Shown: positions 22,187 through 33,680 of the stretch, in pieces | How the letters are laid out: every line of letters begins with the position of its first letter | How positions within the stretch are numbered: position 1 is the stretch's first letter | Assembly: GCA_964187785.1 (NCBI GenBank) | Contig: OZ076414.1 | Coordinates: forward strand, 4,402,001 to 4,466,000 | From: Amphiscolops sp. MND2022 | Taxonomy: Eukaryota | Length of the DNA stretch: 64,000 nucleotides | Reading direction: 5' to 3' | Position numbers and translations under genes: made by a program | The notes under the pieces: model-generated | What the model was told of the DNA's origin: nothing | The model's database searches: none | Seen by the model: only the letters and a program-made list of their open reading frames with translations

Positions 22187-22486
22187 TTCAAATTCGTTTC
22201 AATCAGCAACACAATCTGAAAGGTACCATAACATAACATCAACGAAATCAAAACGAAGACGTGGCGTAAAACCAACGCTAATATTATTATTACAAACTAA
22301 TAGTATGACGTAATTGAAGTCATTCAGTCTGCCAGCTGAAAACTTTCCCATTCATGCAAGCGGCGTGAACAGAAGAAAAGAACGGAATTATCATTCAATT
22401 ACTCGACCATTCCGCAGAACAGCCGCTCAGCATTACTTACAAGTATTACTATTCATTGCATACAATTTATTTACTCATCGGATCAA

Positions 22487-23137
22487 ATGAATTCATCGAC
22501 ACTCAATTCCTCAACCGATTATTTCATTTTGGACCGCGACCAAGACGCTGCCCCAGTAAACCCCTGCGCACATTCAACACCTAAAGCGCTTGGTGATAAT
22601 TGCGAAAATACCCAGTCACTGATCATTGAAGACATTTACGAGATTATCAATACTGGGACAGAACATATTGTCCTTTACCATGAGTCGGCGCCGATATCTA
22701 TCCTAGAAACAGCCCAATCAGACACATTACCATCCAGGAAATTTACAAACTTCAACCCAATTATCCCGGATGACGAATTCATGAGCCCTCCGCGAGACTA
22801 CGAACACATGGATAATTGGCTATACAGGCCACACGATGGGTCAATCAGCCCAATATCCAGCGACTCCAGTTCCATCGGTTACTTCTCAGGAAGCTACTGG
22901 ACAACCGATTCGTCCTGGATGTCTTATGATTCAATGGTACAGTCTATATTTCAACCCCCAATCTCTTCCCCATTCAGGCCAATTTCACCACTTCTTCCCA
23001 CAATGGACGTCTCTCATCAAAGCCGGGGACTGTCACAGCCGCCACAGGGCCGTGAAATAATAAGATCAGAGAGAACGCCAGAGGAAAGAAATGGAGAAAT
23101 TAACCAAGAAGAAGCTAATAAAGCATCACAAACCTGA
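22487..23137 (+). CDS. Extra sense ORF (216 aa, S/P/D-rich) spanning the PPT into the 3' LTR
   Basis: Uninterrupted 651-nt ORF with an ATG start; the last ~107 nt are LTR sequence. No recognisable domain. Confidence 0.5.
   Translation: MNSSTLNSSTDYFILDRDQDAAPVNPCAHSTPKALGDNCENTQSLIIEDIYEIINTGTEHIVLYHESAPISILETAQSDTLPSRKFTNFNPIIPDDEFMSPPRDYEHMDNWLYRPHDGSISPISSDSSSIGYFSGSYWTTDSSWMSYDSMVQSIFQPPISSPFRPISPLLPTMDVSHQSRGLSQPPQGREIIRSERTPEERNGEINQEEANKASQT
23019..23030 (+). other. Polypurine-tract-like sequence
   Basis: AAAGCCGGGGAC lies immediately before the 3' LTR TGT. Confidence 0.55.
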
Positions 23138-25105
23138 AAGAAAACAATCAACAAACAAACACTCATTGATATTGAACAACCCTGTAAGTGCATAATATTA
23201 ATATCATCAACCCTCTGCAGTACCTGAAATACATAAATATGTAAATAATTAAATAATAATAACTTGTTGTAAATGTGATTTGTTTGCAGTAGCTTGACCA
23301 ATACGCTGATTGAAGTTATTCCAACCAGCGCACTGACCAGCCTACCGTCCCAATATCTGCGTAACAAAACACACTAATTCTCACTGTCCTTTTAATTAAC
23401 CAATCAGCGCTAAGCGCGAATGTGCAGTATTAACTCACTTACTCTACTCGTCAAGCCACCAGTCAACAAAGGCTGGGACGCACGCCTGGCAGCTCGATCG
23501 AATTAATCAAAGTGCTAATATATTAAGTGACGTCACGCGTGAAGTGAATACAAATCCAAAGCTTAGAAGAAGCTTAAATTGTGCAGTATTCAATAATGAA
23601 GATAGAAAACGTAATATTTATAGTATGAAAAGGTGTGTTTGAAGATTTGTCGATCCTGATAATCGGGACGACCGCCGGGACGACCGTTTTAAATTTTTAA
23701 TCTGGGACGACCGCCGGGACGACCAACTTAAGTTGAATGAAGCAGTAAAGTATCGAGTACCACCAGATAGTAAATCACCGCACTAATATATGTAAATGTA
23801 CTATCCTAATATTGTATGGAACGTCACAAATTGTCCAAATCTAGTGAAATGGTGATTAATCATAATTTGAACCGGGACGACCACCTGGGCAACCATTTAA
23901 ATAATTAATGATGTACCAAGTTCGAATGAGTTATTAATAACGTTATGATGGTTATTAATTGTTTAAAATACCATGTTTGTTAATGGAATGAAGTTTATTC
24001 CCCCGCAACCGCCTAATCAAGTGATATTAACCCCCCTTTTTCATCTGGTAACCTATACATTCACCCCGGTCACCCGACTTTATATATGTTTTGTGTCTAC
24101 CGGCCAGGCGCACGTTTTGTGTCTAATTTGTCAAGATGCGTCAATCCTAACCATCGATACATCAAAAGTTGTAATTATCATCTCTAACTCTGTTGATTCA
24201 TTAATTTGTGCAGTTGCCTTATACTTAATTGTCCATTTTCTCTTAAAGAAAATTTCATTTCCTTTTCCCGCTTCAGTAGCTAGGTTCATGAATTTCAGTG
24301 CCAACTTCACCTTCGGCGTCTTGAAAAGGCGGGGAATGAAGAAGAAAGGGACGCGGAATTGGGAAGCGGCAGGAAGTGAATTCCCACTTTTCGTTAAAGT
24401 GGGTTGAAACCGAATGCTGAGTCCCGAGGAAGAATACCTTATTTGGATTTCCCCGCTTCGGAAAGGACGCCGAGGTGAACAAGGGGTGAATTCACGCGCG
24501 GGGTTTTTCCCGCGTGTCTAGCGTAAAGTATAAATACCTGAAGCGGGATTAGGAAAAGTTAGTTGACAATTTGATTTTTCCAAGTGCGTTTGATTAATCA
24601 TTCTCCGGAAATTTTGCTTTTGTAATAATCGTGTTAATTACTTTTGCTTAGTATAATTCCTTTGTTTCGAAAAACTTTGACAAATTACTGAACTGAAGTC
24701 TCCATTACGTTTGTAACGACTCAAGTTTAATTGGAATATTGTCTCTCCACTATTTTTGCAAGATGCCTGAGAAGTCTCAAAAACGAAAGTTGAGGAGTGA
24801 CCAGTCGACTAGCCAGTTCGACATAGAGACCGCAAGCTCAATTAACGACGAAAACGCCGTACTTTCGGAAAGGGATTTTGAAGACATATCTAATAAAATT
24901 GAGAATAAAATTTCCAAGCGTCTCAGAGACACTGAACTCAATCAACGTGAGATATTAAAATTGATCGAGAACCTGTCGTCCAAAGTTGACAACCTATCGA
25001 GCGTCAATTCTGAACAAGGTTACTTGACGACCAGGACCGAGAATAGTGGAAACCCCACTGAAGAACTAGAAGAAGTTAGTTTGTCTAGGAACGAGAGTTC
25101 CAACA
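23031..25105 (+). repeat. 3' LTR (2075 bp), including the 24739-25125 Gag-N-terminus ORF copy
   Basis: About 99% identical to 9373-11447; followed by TSD ACTAC. Confidence 0.97.
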
Positions 25106-28100
25106 ACTACAATACATTATTATGAAAAAAAGACAATGGGCAGATGGGAAATGAACAAGGGAACAATGAAAGGCAGTGAGGAAAAAGTGTATAATGAAAA
25201 ATGTTGAAAACATTTATCAAAAAGATGGTATTTTTCGAAAAACCATATTAGATTTTTTGGGATTTTGGAATAATCAACTTTTTGAAGCGAGGTTAGCATC
25301 GGGGGAAGATCATTAGGAGAGTTGCGAAATGGGAGGTGTGTAAGAGTTTTGATTCTAATGGGTATTAGAGCCAGAGGTAAAGGGGTAAAGGAAATGATGG
25401 GGGGTTGCAGTAATTATGTGGCAGGTGGAAACATCGTTGGGGGTAACAATGAAAACTTTTAAAAACAAATTTGAAAACAAAATAAACTATTATGAGGGGG
25501 TATTTTGACGCTTTATGAAGATAATTGGGTAGAAGATTGGGTACGTAGAAGATTTAAATTTGGCCAATTTTGAGGTTGAAAATGATTGACTAAAATGTTT
25601 ACATTTTGAATAAATTTATCTAGTTCAGTCAACAATTGATTTAAATAAAATTCGTACAATTTCAATGCGTTGTTATACTGAGTTAATTTTCGCTTGTAGA
25701 CGGCAGTGAGGACAATTCTCTTTGTTGGAGTTCCAGCTTCACCAGTTTTGGACGTTCCGTGTTACGAAGCTTTCGCTTTTACAAGTCCTGGGTTAACTGC
25801 CAAACAGCGGAGAATTCCTGCAAATTGGGGGACGTGGCGACAGTATCTTGAGGAGGAGAGCAAGAGTCACAAGGGAAGAGTGAGAAAAAGCGGGCAAAAG
25901 TGAAGAGATGGGCGGCAGCGACGGCATGGCAAAATATGTTGTTTGTGGAGAGGCAATTGCAATGGACGTGTGAAGAGTGAAAGTAGACGAGTTTGATGAA
26001 GCTGGTGACAAAAGAAGAGAATCCAACAGTTTGTTAAGATGTAAGTATGCTGTTGTGGAAGATGGGTATGAAGTGGGGGAAAGCGATGTCATGATGAAAT
26101 GAGCAGAAATGACAATTAAAACAAATGTGTGATGATTATTTGTATAGATGATTTTATATGTGCATGTGTCGAGTTTAAGATGTATTCGTGTTTAAAATAT
26201 TTTGATAAATTTTATTGAGGAGAAGAGAGGATGTTGAAGATGTGATGAAGAGATGAGAGTGACTTTAAAAGGTTAAAAGGTGGATGATAGAGTGACTTTG
26301 TAGAATGGGAATTCGATGTAAAATTTGAAATGTTTTTATGAACTGGCTTCGAGATTTGGACAATAAAGTGATCTTGGGAAAAATATGCAAATTCTACACA
26401 ACTCAAACAGAAAGAAACAAGTTTGTCCGAGAAATGCAATAACTGAGAAGCAAGTGTGTCCGAAAAGATTTTCAGTTGAAATTAAACATGAATATTTGGA
26501 AAGTGGAAGAAAAGTTTTATGAAAAAGAAACCGTAACATTTCGATAGAAAGAGGTTAACAACATATTTATTTGTGACATTTGTGAAAAACGAGTAAGTGG
26601 AGACTTTTGTGAAACAGTGATAAAATTGAAATGCAGAACAATAAGACAACGAAAAACGAGAAAAAAATGTCAATTTTGAAGAAGTGAACATGTTAATTTT
26701 AGGCGATGTCTAATTTAGACTTGTCATTTAGACCAAAACAGAATTTATAAATTTGCATTTTGAGAGAAGAGACAATTGACTGAAAGGAGAAAAATGGAGA
26801 GGAAAAATCTGTCAAAATCAATTTTAAAAAGTTTGAAACGAAGATTTTTTTTGGATGAGAAAAAATTGTAGTGAAAGTCTGAAAAGATTTTTCTAAGTAT
26901 ACCTAAAACTGGAGGCGTAAGAAATGGAAGGTTGAAAATTGGAAAAAAAGAGATAGGGTATAGGACGAGTTTAGGAAGAATTAGGAGATGTAGGAGTTTA
27001 AGAAGCACGAGTTTTGTAAGAAAGTCATTGACATGCAAAGTGGAAACAGTGAGAGATTGAATATCAAAATCTTTTGATCAATTGAGGGTTACAAAAGGAT
27101 CGGTATTAGGAGAAGGTTCAATATGTGGACGGAGGAGGTGTTCAGAATTTCAAGTTTGTCAGTTGGGCATGAAGAGGAGTTGATGCATACGCTTGGGGTA
27201 ACAGTTTGAAGAACATAGGAAGAAGGAAGTTGTGGTACTACGGTAGGATGAGCAATTGAAGGGTCAGTAGTAAAAGAGATATGTTTCGGAAGAGCTTTAT
27301 TAGTTTCTTTAGTAATATTATTACTGTCTGGAAAGTATTTGAATTGCTTTTTAAGAAAGAAGGAAGAGAGTTTGGCAATGATAAAAGTCATTTGTGCAAT
27401 TTAGTAGTGGTTATGAACGAATGTGTAGAGAAAACGAGAGTGACCATCAAGAGGACTTTCTACGAGTTTAGCCATTTTTGGGAAGAAATTTGGGACATTA
27501 TTAGGTATGTGAGTGGGTAGAAGAAAATCATCATTGAGATCGAGTGCTTCCTGTGCAATAAAAAGAGGACGAGTGGGGTCATGGTATGGAAAAAGAATGT
27601 AGTATTGTTTGGCTGGGTCATAATTACGGATTGTACCAATAGTATAGAGGTGATTCAAGGAGTACTGAGAATGATAACAAAATGGTGAAGTGAACTTGTA
27701 ATTTTGGAAAATTATTTTCGAAGGGTGTGGTTGTCCGATGAAGAGTTTATATGTTTGGTGATGCAGTTTTTTGACGAAAAAAGCAATAGTATTATCGTTG
27801 GTGTTAGTATTAAGGTCATGTTGAGTAAGTTTGTGAAAACTAAATTTAAATTGAAAGAAGCGAATGCATTCATTTTGCCAGAATGAGAGCTGTTCCAAGT
27901 TTTTGGAAGCTTATGCATAATAGTGGTTATAGTTTATATCTTGCGCAAAACGAAATTTGTAGGTAGTAGGGGTCATGTAAAGAGAAGGGAGATTGGCTTT
28001 GAAAATGGGGTGATTGTGAAGTATTTCGTCAGTCATAGTGTTTGTTTGAGGAGGATTTTTTACAAGATCTAGTACAGGATGAAGGATACCGGGGTCAATA

Positions 28101-29049
28101 GAAACTGGATCTTCGAGTTTATTATACTTTATGTTGATGGGAACAGTATAAGTGGCATTGTCAATAGTTTTTTGTAGGTTATTAGGTGGACGAGTAGGTG
28201 AATGACGAGTTTCAAAAGTAGAGTAGTTAGTTATTATTCAGTCGAAACGTGTAATTTATAGAGAAGATTAGTGGAGATATAGATGATGGGTGATTTAGAA
28301 GTTATAGATGCAGCAAAACAAGTGAACTGTAGAAAGTTTCTTGAAAAAAGGTTTGGAAAAGATTTTGAGAAAGTCATGGTAAATTGCGATCAAGAGTAGA
28401 GTTTCGGAAATAGCAACTGAAAAATAAAAGATGAAAAGTGATGAAAATGAGAAAGAGAAACTTTTTAGGTGGATTGAGAATACTATTGCTAGAAGTTAAC
28501 GGGATGTCAATAAATTTCATATGTGGTAGAGTAGGACGATAAATTTTAGTTGATTGCCATACATTGTGTACAGGGAAGTTTTTAAAGGATTTGTCAAAAT
28601 TGTTATCTTCAGTAGGTATGGAATTATGTAAATAAGAAGGGGAAGACAACGAAGGCAATTGAGAGTGTCGAGGTGAAAAATTATTAGGTGGATTAGTATG
28701 TAAACGGTAATTGGAAGGAGAGGTAAAGTATTGTCAGTTAACTGAGGAGTGGAAATAAAAGGATATGGTAGAGAAATAATAGATGAGGAGGATTTCCTAA
28801 TTGAAGACTTTTTAATTGGTGATCTCTGCATGATATCTTTGTTTTAGGATTTAAGAATTTAGAGTTGAAATTAGGTTTAAATTTATGGGTTTTAGGGTTC
28901 TTGCGTTGAGATTTATGTTGTGAAGAGAACAGAGTATCAGAATCATCTGAGTCCGAATTGGAATCAGAAGGTTTTTATCATACCATTCATTATTGTTTTA
29001 GTTACAGTTCCGAAAAAGCCATAGCCAAAAACGAAATCAAGGGAGTGTT

Positions 29050-31450
29050 GTTTTTAAGAACTTTCTTATCAGTAAAGTAGCGATAAAAACTAAGGAGTAT
29101 ATTAAAAACTCTTGAAGAAAAAGAGCGGTGGAAAAATAATTTTCACATTGGGTGAAAACATAACAAGTGTATCCAAGGAGTTTGATGAAAACATCGGTGA
29201 ACTATTGAGGTGAAAAGAAAAGAATTAAGTTCAACATTTATTCATGACGACCACCTCTGAGTGATTTATAAGGATTGTTTGGGAGGAGTTCCGAGAATTG
29301 TTCACCCATAAATTTATAACTAATTTCTTAGGGCGTTGCATGGTATTATCGAAGTGTTTTGTAAATAAAACTTGATTCCAAGAGTGTTTGAGATTTCTGA
29401 GAATAAAAATCTGCATCTTGGGCATTAGAGTTGTTTGGGCTAATATCAGTTTGAAATTGAGTTTGTTCAAATAATAGAGGAAGGTCATTTTAATAGGTTG
29501 TTGAGTTAAGATATAATATTGATCGGTGTCAGGTTCGAGAGCAATAACCTTTTGTGGGTTTTTTTCACATGAATTTTGCTTTGCATAGTTATATGTTTGA
29601 CGTGTGATTGGGTCAACATACATAACAGTATCGAGATTGGAACAGGGATTTTATCATAACATTGTTCAGCTATGTTTTAAGGGGAGAGGTGGTGAGCACA
29701 ATCATAGAGCTAGGCGGTAGAACCTTCAACGTATAAAAAAATACAACGATTTTGGGTGAGGAGAAAACCAACAAGTTGTGGATTTTTAACAGACATTGCG
29801 AGGTTGGTTAAACGTTGAGTTCGTTCAACTTCACAAATAGGATTCAGTTTGGCAACCGACAATATTTTAAAGACATTATTAATAGAGTAATCATTTTAAG
29901 TATTTCTGTGAGCTTCATAATCAATAGTGCGAAAGTTATTGGAGGAGTTTGGGGCAGGAAAAGAGGAGTTTATTCTGAACATGTAAAAGTTTGCCAGAAA
30001 TGAATTGAATGGAGAGTTTATTATATAGTTCATTTTCGGGGAGTTGAAGAGGATTGCCTTGCCAGTACGCATATTGATTCCTTCTTATATGTAATAAAGG
30101 TGTCAGGATATTTATTCTGTAGTATATAATGGTGTAGGTTTATTGCTAAACAAATTCTTTCGGAAAAGATTTCAAAAGGCGAGAGTAGAATTAGATATTT
30201 AGAGTGTAGGTAAGGAGTTTCAGAGAGAATATGAGATTTATACGTCCGTATATACGTCCGTATCCGTCCAATGAGTGGATAGAGAAAATTAAACAAAGAT
30301 CTTCGGGGAACCAAACGTATGTGAGTGGGGTTAAAATGGTAGGTATACGAAAACCATCGCCATGGAGGCAAGTTAAAGTTTGACCATGATAAATTAACGT
30401 GTTATCTCTATCATCATAGTTTATTTCGATTTCTCGAAGGATCAAAGACCAGCTAACTTTTTCTTTTATAAATTCATAGTGGTCCCAACAAACAGCTTTG
30501 TCTTTAACAATTGAGTTTAAAACAAGATGAGATTTAGTTATCCAAGCAAAAGCCCCGTGCTGAAAGGTGTTAGGTTTAGTTATACTGAAAGGAGGTTGAT
30601 TAGTTTCAAGGAGGCATTGATTTTTGAAATTCATCGGAAAAAGTAAAGGAGTTAGTGTAATCAAAAGCATTAAGTTGGGAGTTGTCAGTGCCTTTTAGGT
30701 GACGGATAGGAGTTTTGAATTCCCTGGGGTCTAAATTCCGAGGGCGTTCCATGGTATTTTGGTGGTAATCAGTACGATCATGACTGCGACACTTGTAATC
30801 AGATTGTGCACAAACGAATTTTTCACGTTTGACATAACCTTCGCAAGTCCAAGCTTTCAAGCGTTTAGCTTTAGCACTTATAAAAACGTTAGGAATAGCA
30901 CAAGTGCTTTCGAATGCTGAAATGGCTTGGTCACAAAGTTGTAGTGGGTTAAACTAAATTGGCGGAGGTTGTGTTGTTTAGAACAATGATAGTGAGAATA
31001 ATAGATCGGAAACATGGGGATCATGTGGTTCTACCATATCGGTAGCAGGATCAAGTGAGAGAAAGAGGAGAATAAAATACTTGAGGAGGAGGACGAGGGA
31101 AAGACATTAGTGTTTAAAGGAGGAAGTCATGAGAGAAAAAAAACTGAGCAGTATAATTGAGGAAGGTGAGTGTGTTTAAGAAAGCAGTGGTACCGTGATG
31201 AAGACGGAACGGAGGATCATCACTTACAAAAAAATCGAGGTTAGTGGCAAAGAAAGGGTGAGTGATAGATATAAATTGACGGAGGTATGAGAAGGAATAG
31301 GATTAGGACGTAACTTATGGAATTTAGCAGTGATTTCATATTTAATTTCAAGGTTTGTAGTATCCAACAGTTGAAATTATTTTCGACTATGTTCGTCCGA
31401 ATTATGTATGTCTGAGTTTAAATTATGAGTGGCAAAGTATAACAATCAGG
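29050..31450 (-). pseudogene. env: env-like glycoprotein remnant, class III fusogen-like
   Basis: Fragments YHCSKQHNLRQFSL, KAKRLKAWTCEGYVKRE, and ICEVERTQRLTNLAMSVKNPQLVGFLL...LYVEGSTA*LYDC...EQCYDKIPV...MYVDPITRQTY...C...YYILTQQP, then a hydrophobic tail. Located 3' of pol. Confidence 0.7.
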
Positions 31451-33680
31451 CATCTTGACGAAGACTAGAAGCAAGAGTGTTATTAACTATGAGAGGATAA
31501 TCAACACTGTTGGGTGTGGGAGAGTAGAGTATTGATCACTGGTGACGTCAATATTTAGAAGATGAGAGTCGGAAGAAAGAACACTTGAGTTTTGAGAAGT
31601 GGGTCTAGAAAAGAGGTGTCCGTTCTGAGTAAAGGAAGAAAGTGAAGAACATTGGGAAAAAGCGACGCCAACACTAGAGACGAGAAGAAACAGAATCAGA
31701 TGAATGAGATTGAACGTGATGTCTTACTAAGGAAGATTTGGTGCTTGCAAGAGAAGGAGAGGAAGAGGGAGAGGGAAAGGGAGAGAAGTTACCATTATTT
31801 CTAAGATTATATCTATGACGAGGTTGTCTACGGCAAGTAGATTCAGAAGTGGAATCTAAAATATTATCTAAGGAGGAAGTGGTGTGTTTAGAAGCAGAAT
31901 TACAAGGAAGCATTCGAGGGTAAAGAGTCAAAGTCGCCCAAAGGATATTTTTCACTGAGTGTCTCAAAAGATTCAAGAACAGGATTTTTTAAGGGTTTAG
32001 GAGGGGAAAGAAAAAGTCCGAGTTGAGAGTGTGCACAAAGTTTGAGGAGGGGAAGAGAACGGTCCAATTGAGAGTGCCTACTATGGCCTTTAATGGAGGT
32101 AGGAATAAAGAATGTGTTTTAGGAGGGTGAGGTTTGTGAAAAATACGAAAGCGTAGTGGGTCAATATCACTTGGATCAGGGACATGACTAGAAGAAGGAG
32201 GTGGAGAGTGAGTTGAAGTGATATCAAAAAGATCTAATTCAGTAGCAGAAAGAGGGATAGCTAGAAATTGTTGAGTTTGAAGGGCAATTGGAGTCGATCG
32301 TGGAGTATGAGTAGAAGTTTGAGTTTGTGGAGTATGAGTAGTTGAAGTATTAAGGAGAGGGAGTGACCGGGATTGAACTCAGAGGAGGACGATTTATTAT
32401 AAGAGAAGAGGTTTGAGAAGAATTTATAGTATCAGTAGAATCCGAATAAGAAACAGAGGAGCTTGAGTTGGTAGAACTATAGGATAAAATAGCAGGAGGA
32501 TCCAGGATAGAATGAGGGGAGTAATATAATGTCAAGAAAAGTGATTATCAATATAATAGTTGAAAAGATTACCTTTTTCATATGAAAAAAGTTTTTGAGG
32601 AGTGATAGACTTTTGCAAAGTCATTTCACAAAAATGAAATTTATACTAGGCTTTTTTGTACCGGCTGTTTAGTCAAACGTTTGGAACAAAATGAAGAGAG
32701 GGGAAGAAGAAAGATGGCTAATGCAATTAGAGTTGTCAATTGTCAATCATAGTTAGGTGTCTAGCCAGGAGACAATGACAAGTCTGACAGTTAATGCAAT
32801 TAGGAGGTGGATTCAATTTCATGGAGGGCAACTAATAATAGGGTTCGAGACATTGTATTCTTTGCGAGGAAGGGATCGCAAAGTATATGAAGAATGGGGA
32901 GCTCGAGTATGAGTGGGTAAAGTTTGATCATCAGAGGAAGGCTCAAGTGTACAGTCACGTGAGTCAGCAACAGGGGGAAATGTTATTGGAAAGCAGGTAT
33001 AACGATAGATAGGATTATGGAGCATTTCAAAATCAGAGTCAGTAGAGTTGAAGGAATCATCGACATGATCATGTGGAAGAGGAGATTGAGAAAGATTTCG
33101 ATAAAAGGGGAGAATTTGATTTTGATTGAGCAATGGTTTTAATAGAAGTGTGCGAGTGAGTGCGATTGAAAATTTTCAAACGGATTATAATCATCAGTCA
33201 CGGTTGGAGGGGAGGTAAAATGAATATCTTGGTTAGAGTCAGTATCAGGAATTCTGAGAAGAGAAGGTGTTGAATGATATTGACGGAGATATGGGAAAAT
33301 AATAGGCTCTATTGAGTAGTATTATAGAATATAATTTCTATGAGTGTGGAATGTAGAACCATTTTGGGCCATAGAAGAGATGTTGTATAATTTTATATTG
33401 ACCTTTTTCATATTTCATATAAATGAAGGGGTTTGAGTTTATTCGATAATTTAAAAGTGGTATGTATAACAAAGGTGTTAAGAGGGTGTTGTTTTAGGTG
33501 TGTGGTTTCAAAGGTATAATTTCGTGAGTTTATTTTATTTGTAATATGGCGATGATCAGTAGATTAGATTTCTATCATCGCATGTTAAGCGGAGAGGAGC
33601 TGTGGAGAAATAGGTTTGGTTAGGAATGAATGGAAAAATGGATTGAGATCTTGATCACTATATTGTGTATGAGGAGAAAG

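Larger units (their letters stand above)
9373..25105 (+). mobile_element. Young full-length Ty3/Gypsy LTR retrotransposon, 15,733 bp
   Basis: Two 2075-bp TG...CA LTRs; 5-bp TSD ACTAC at 9368-9372 and 25106-25110; PBS after the 5' LTR; gag and PR-RT-RH-IN order. Confidence 0.97.
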
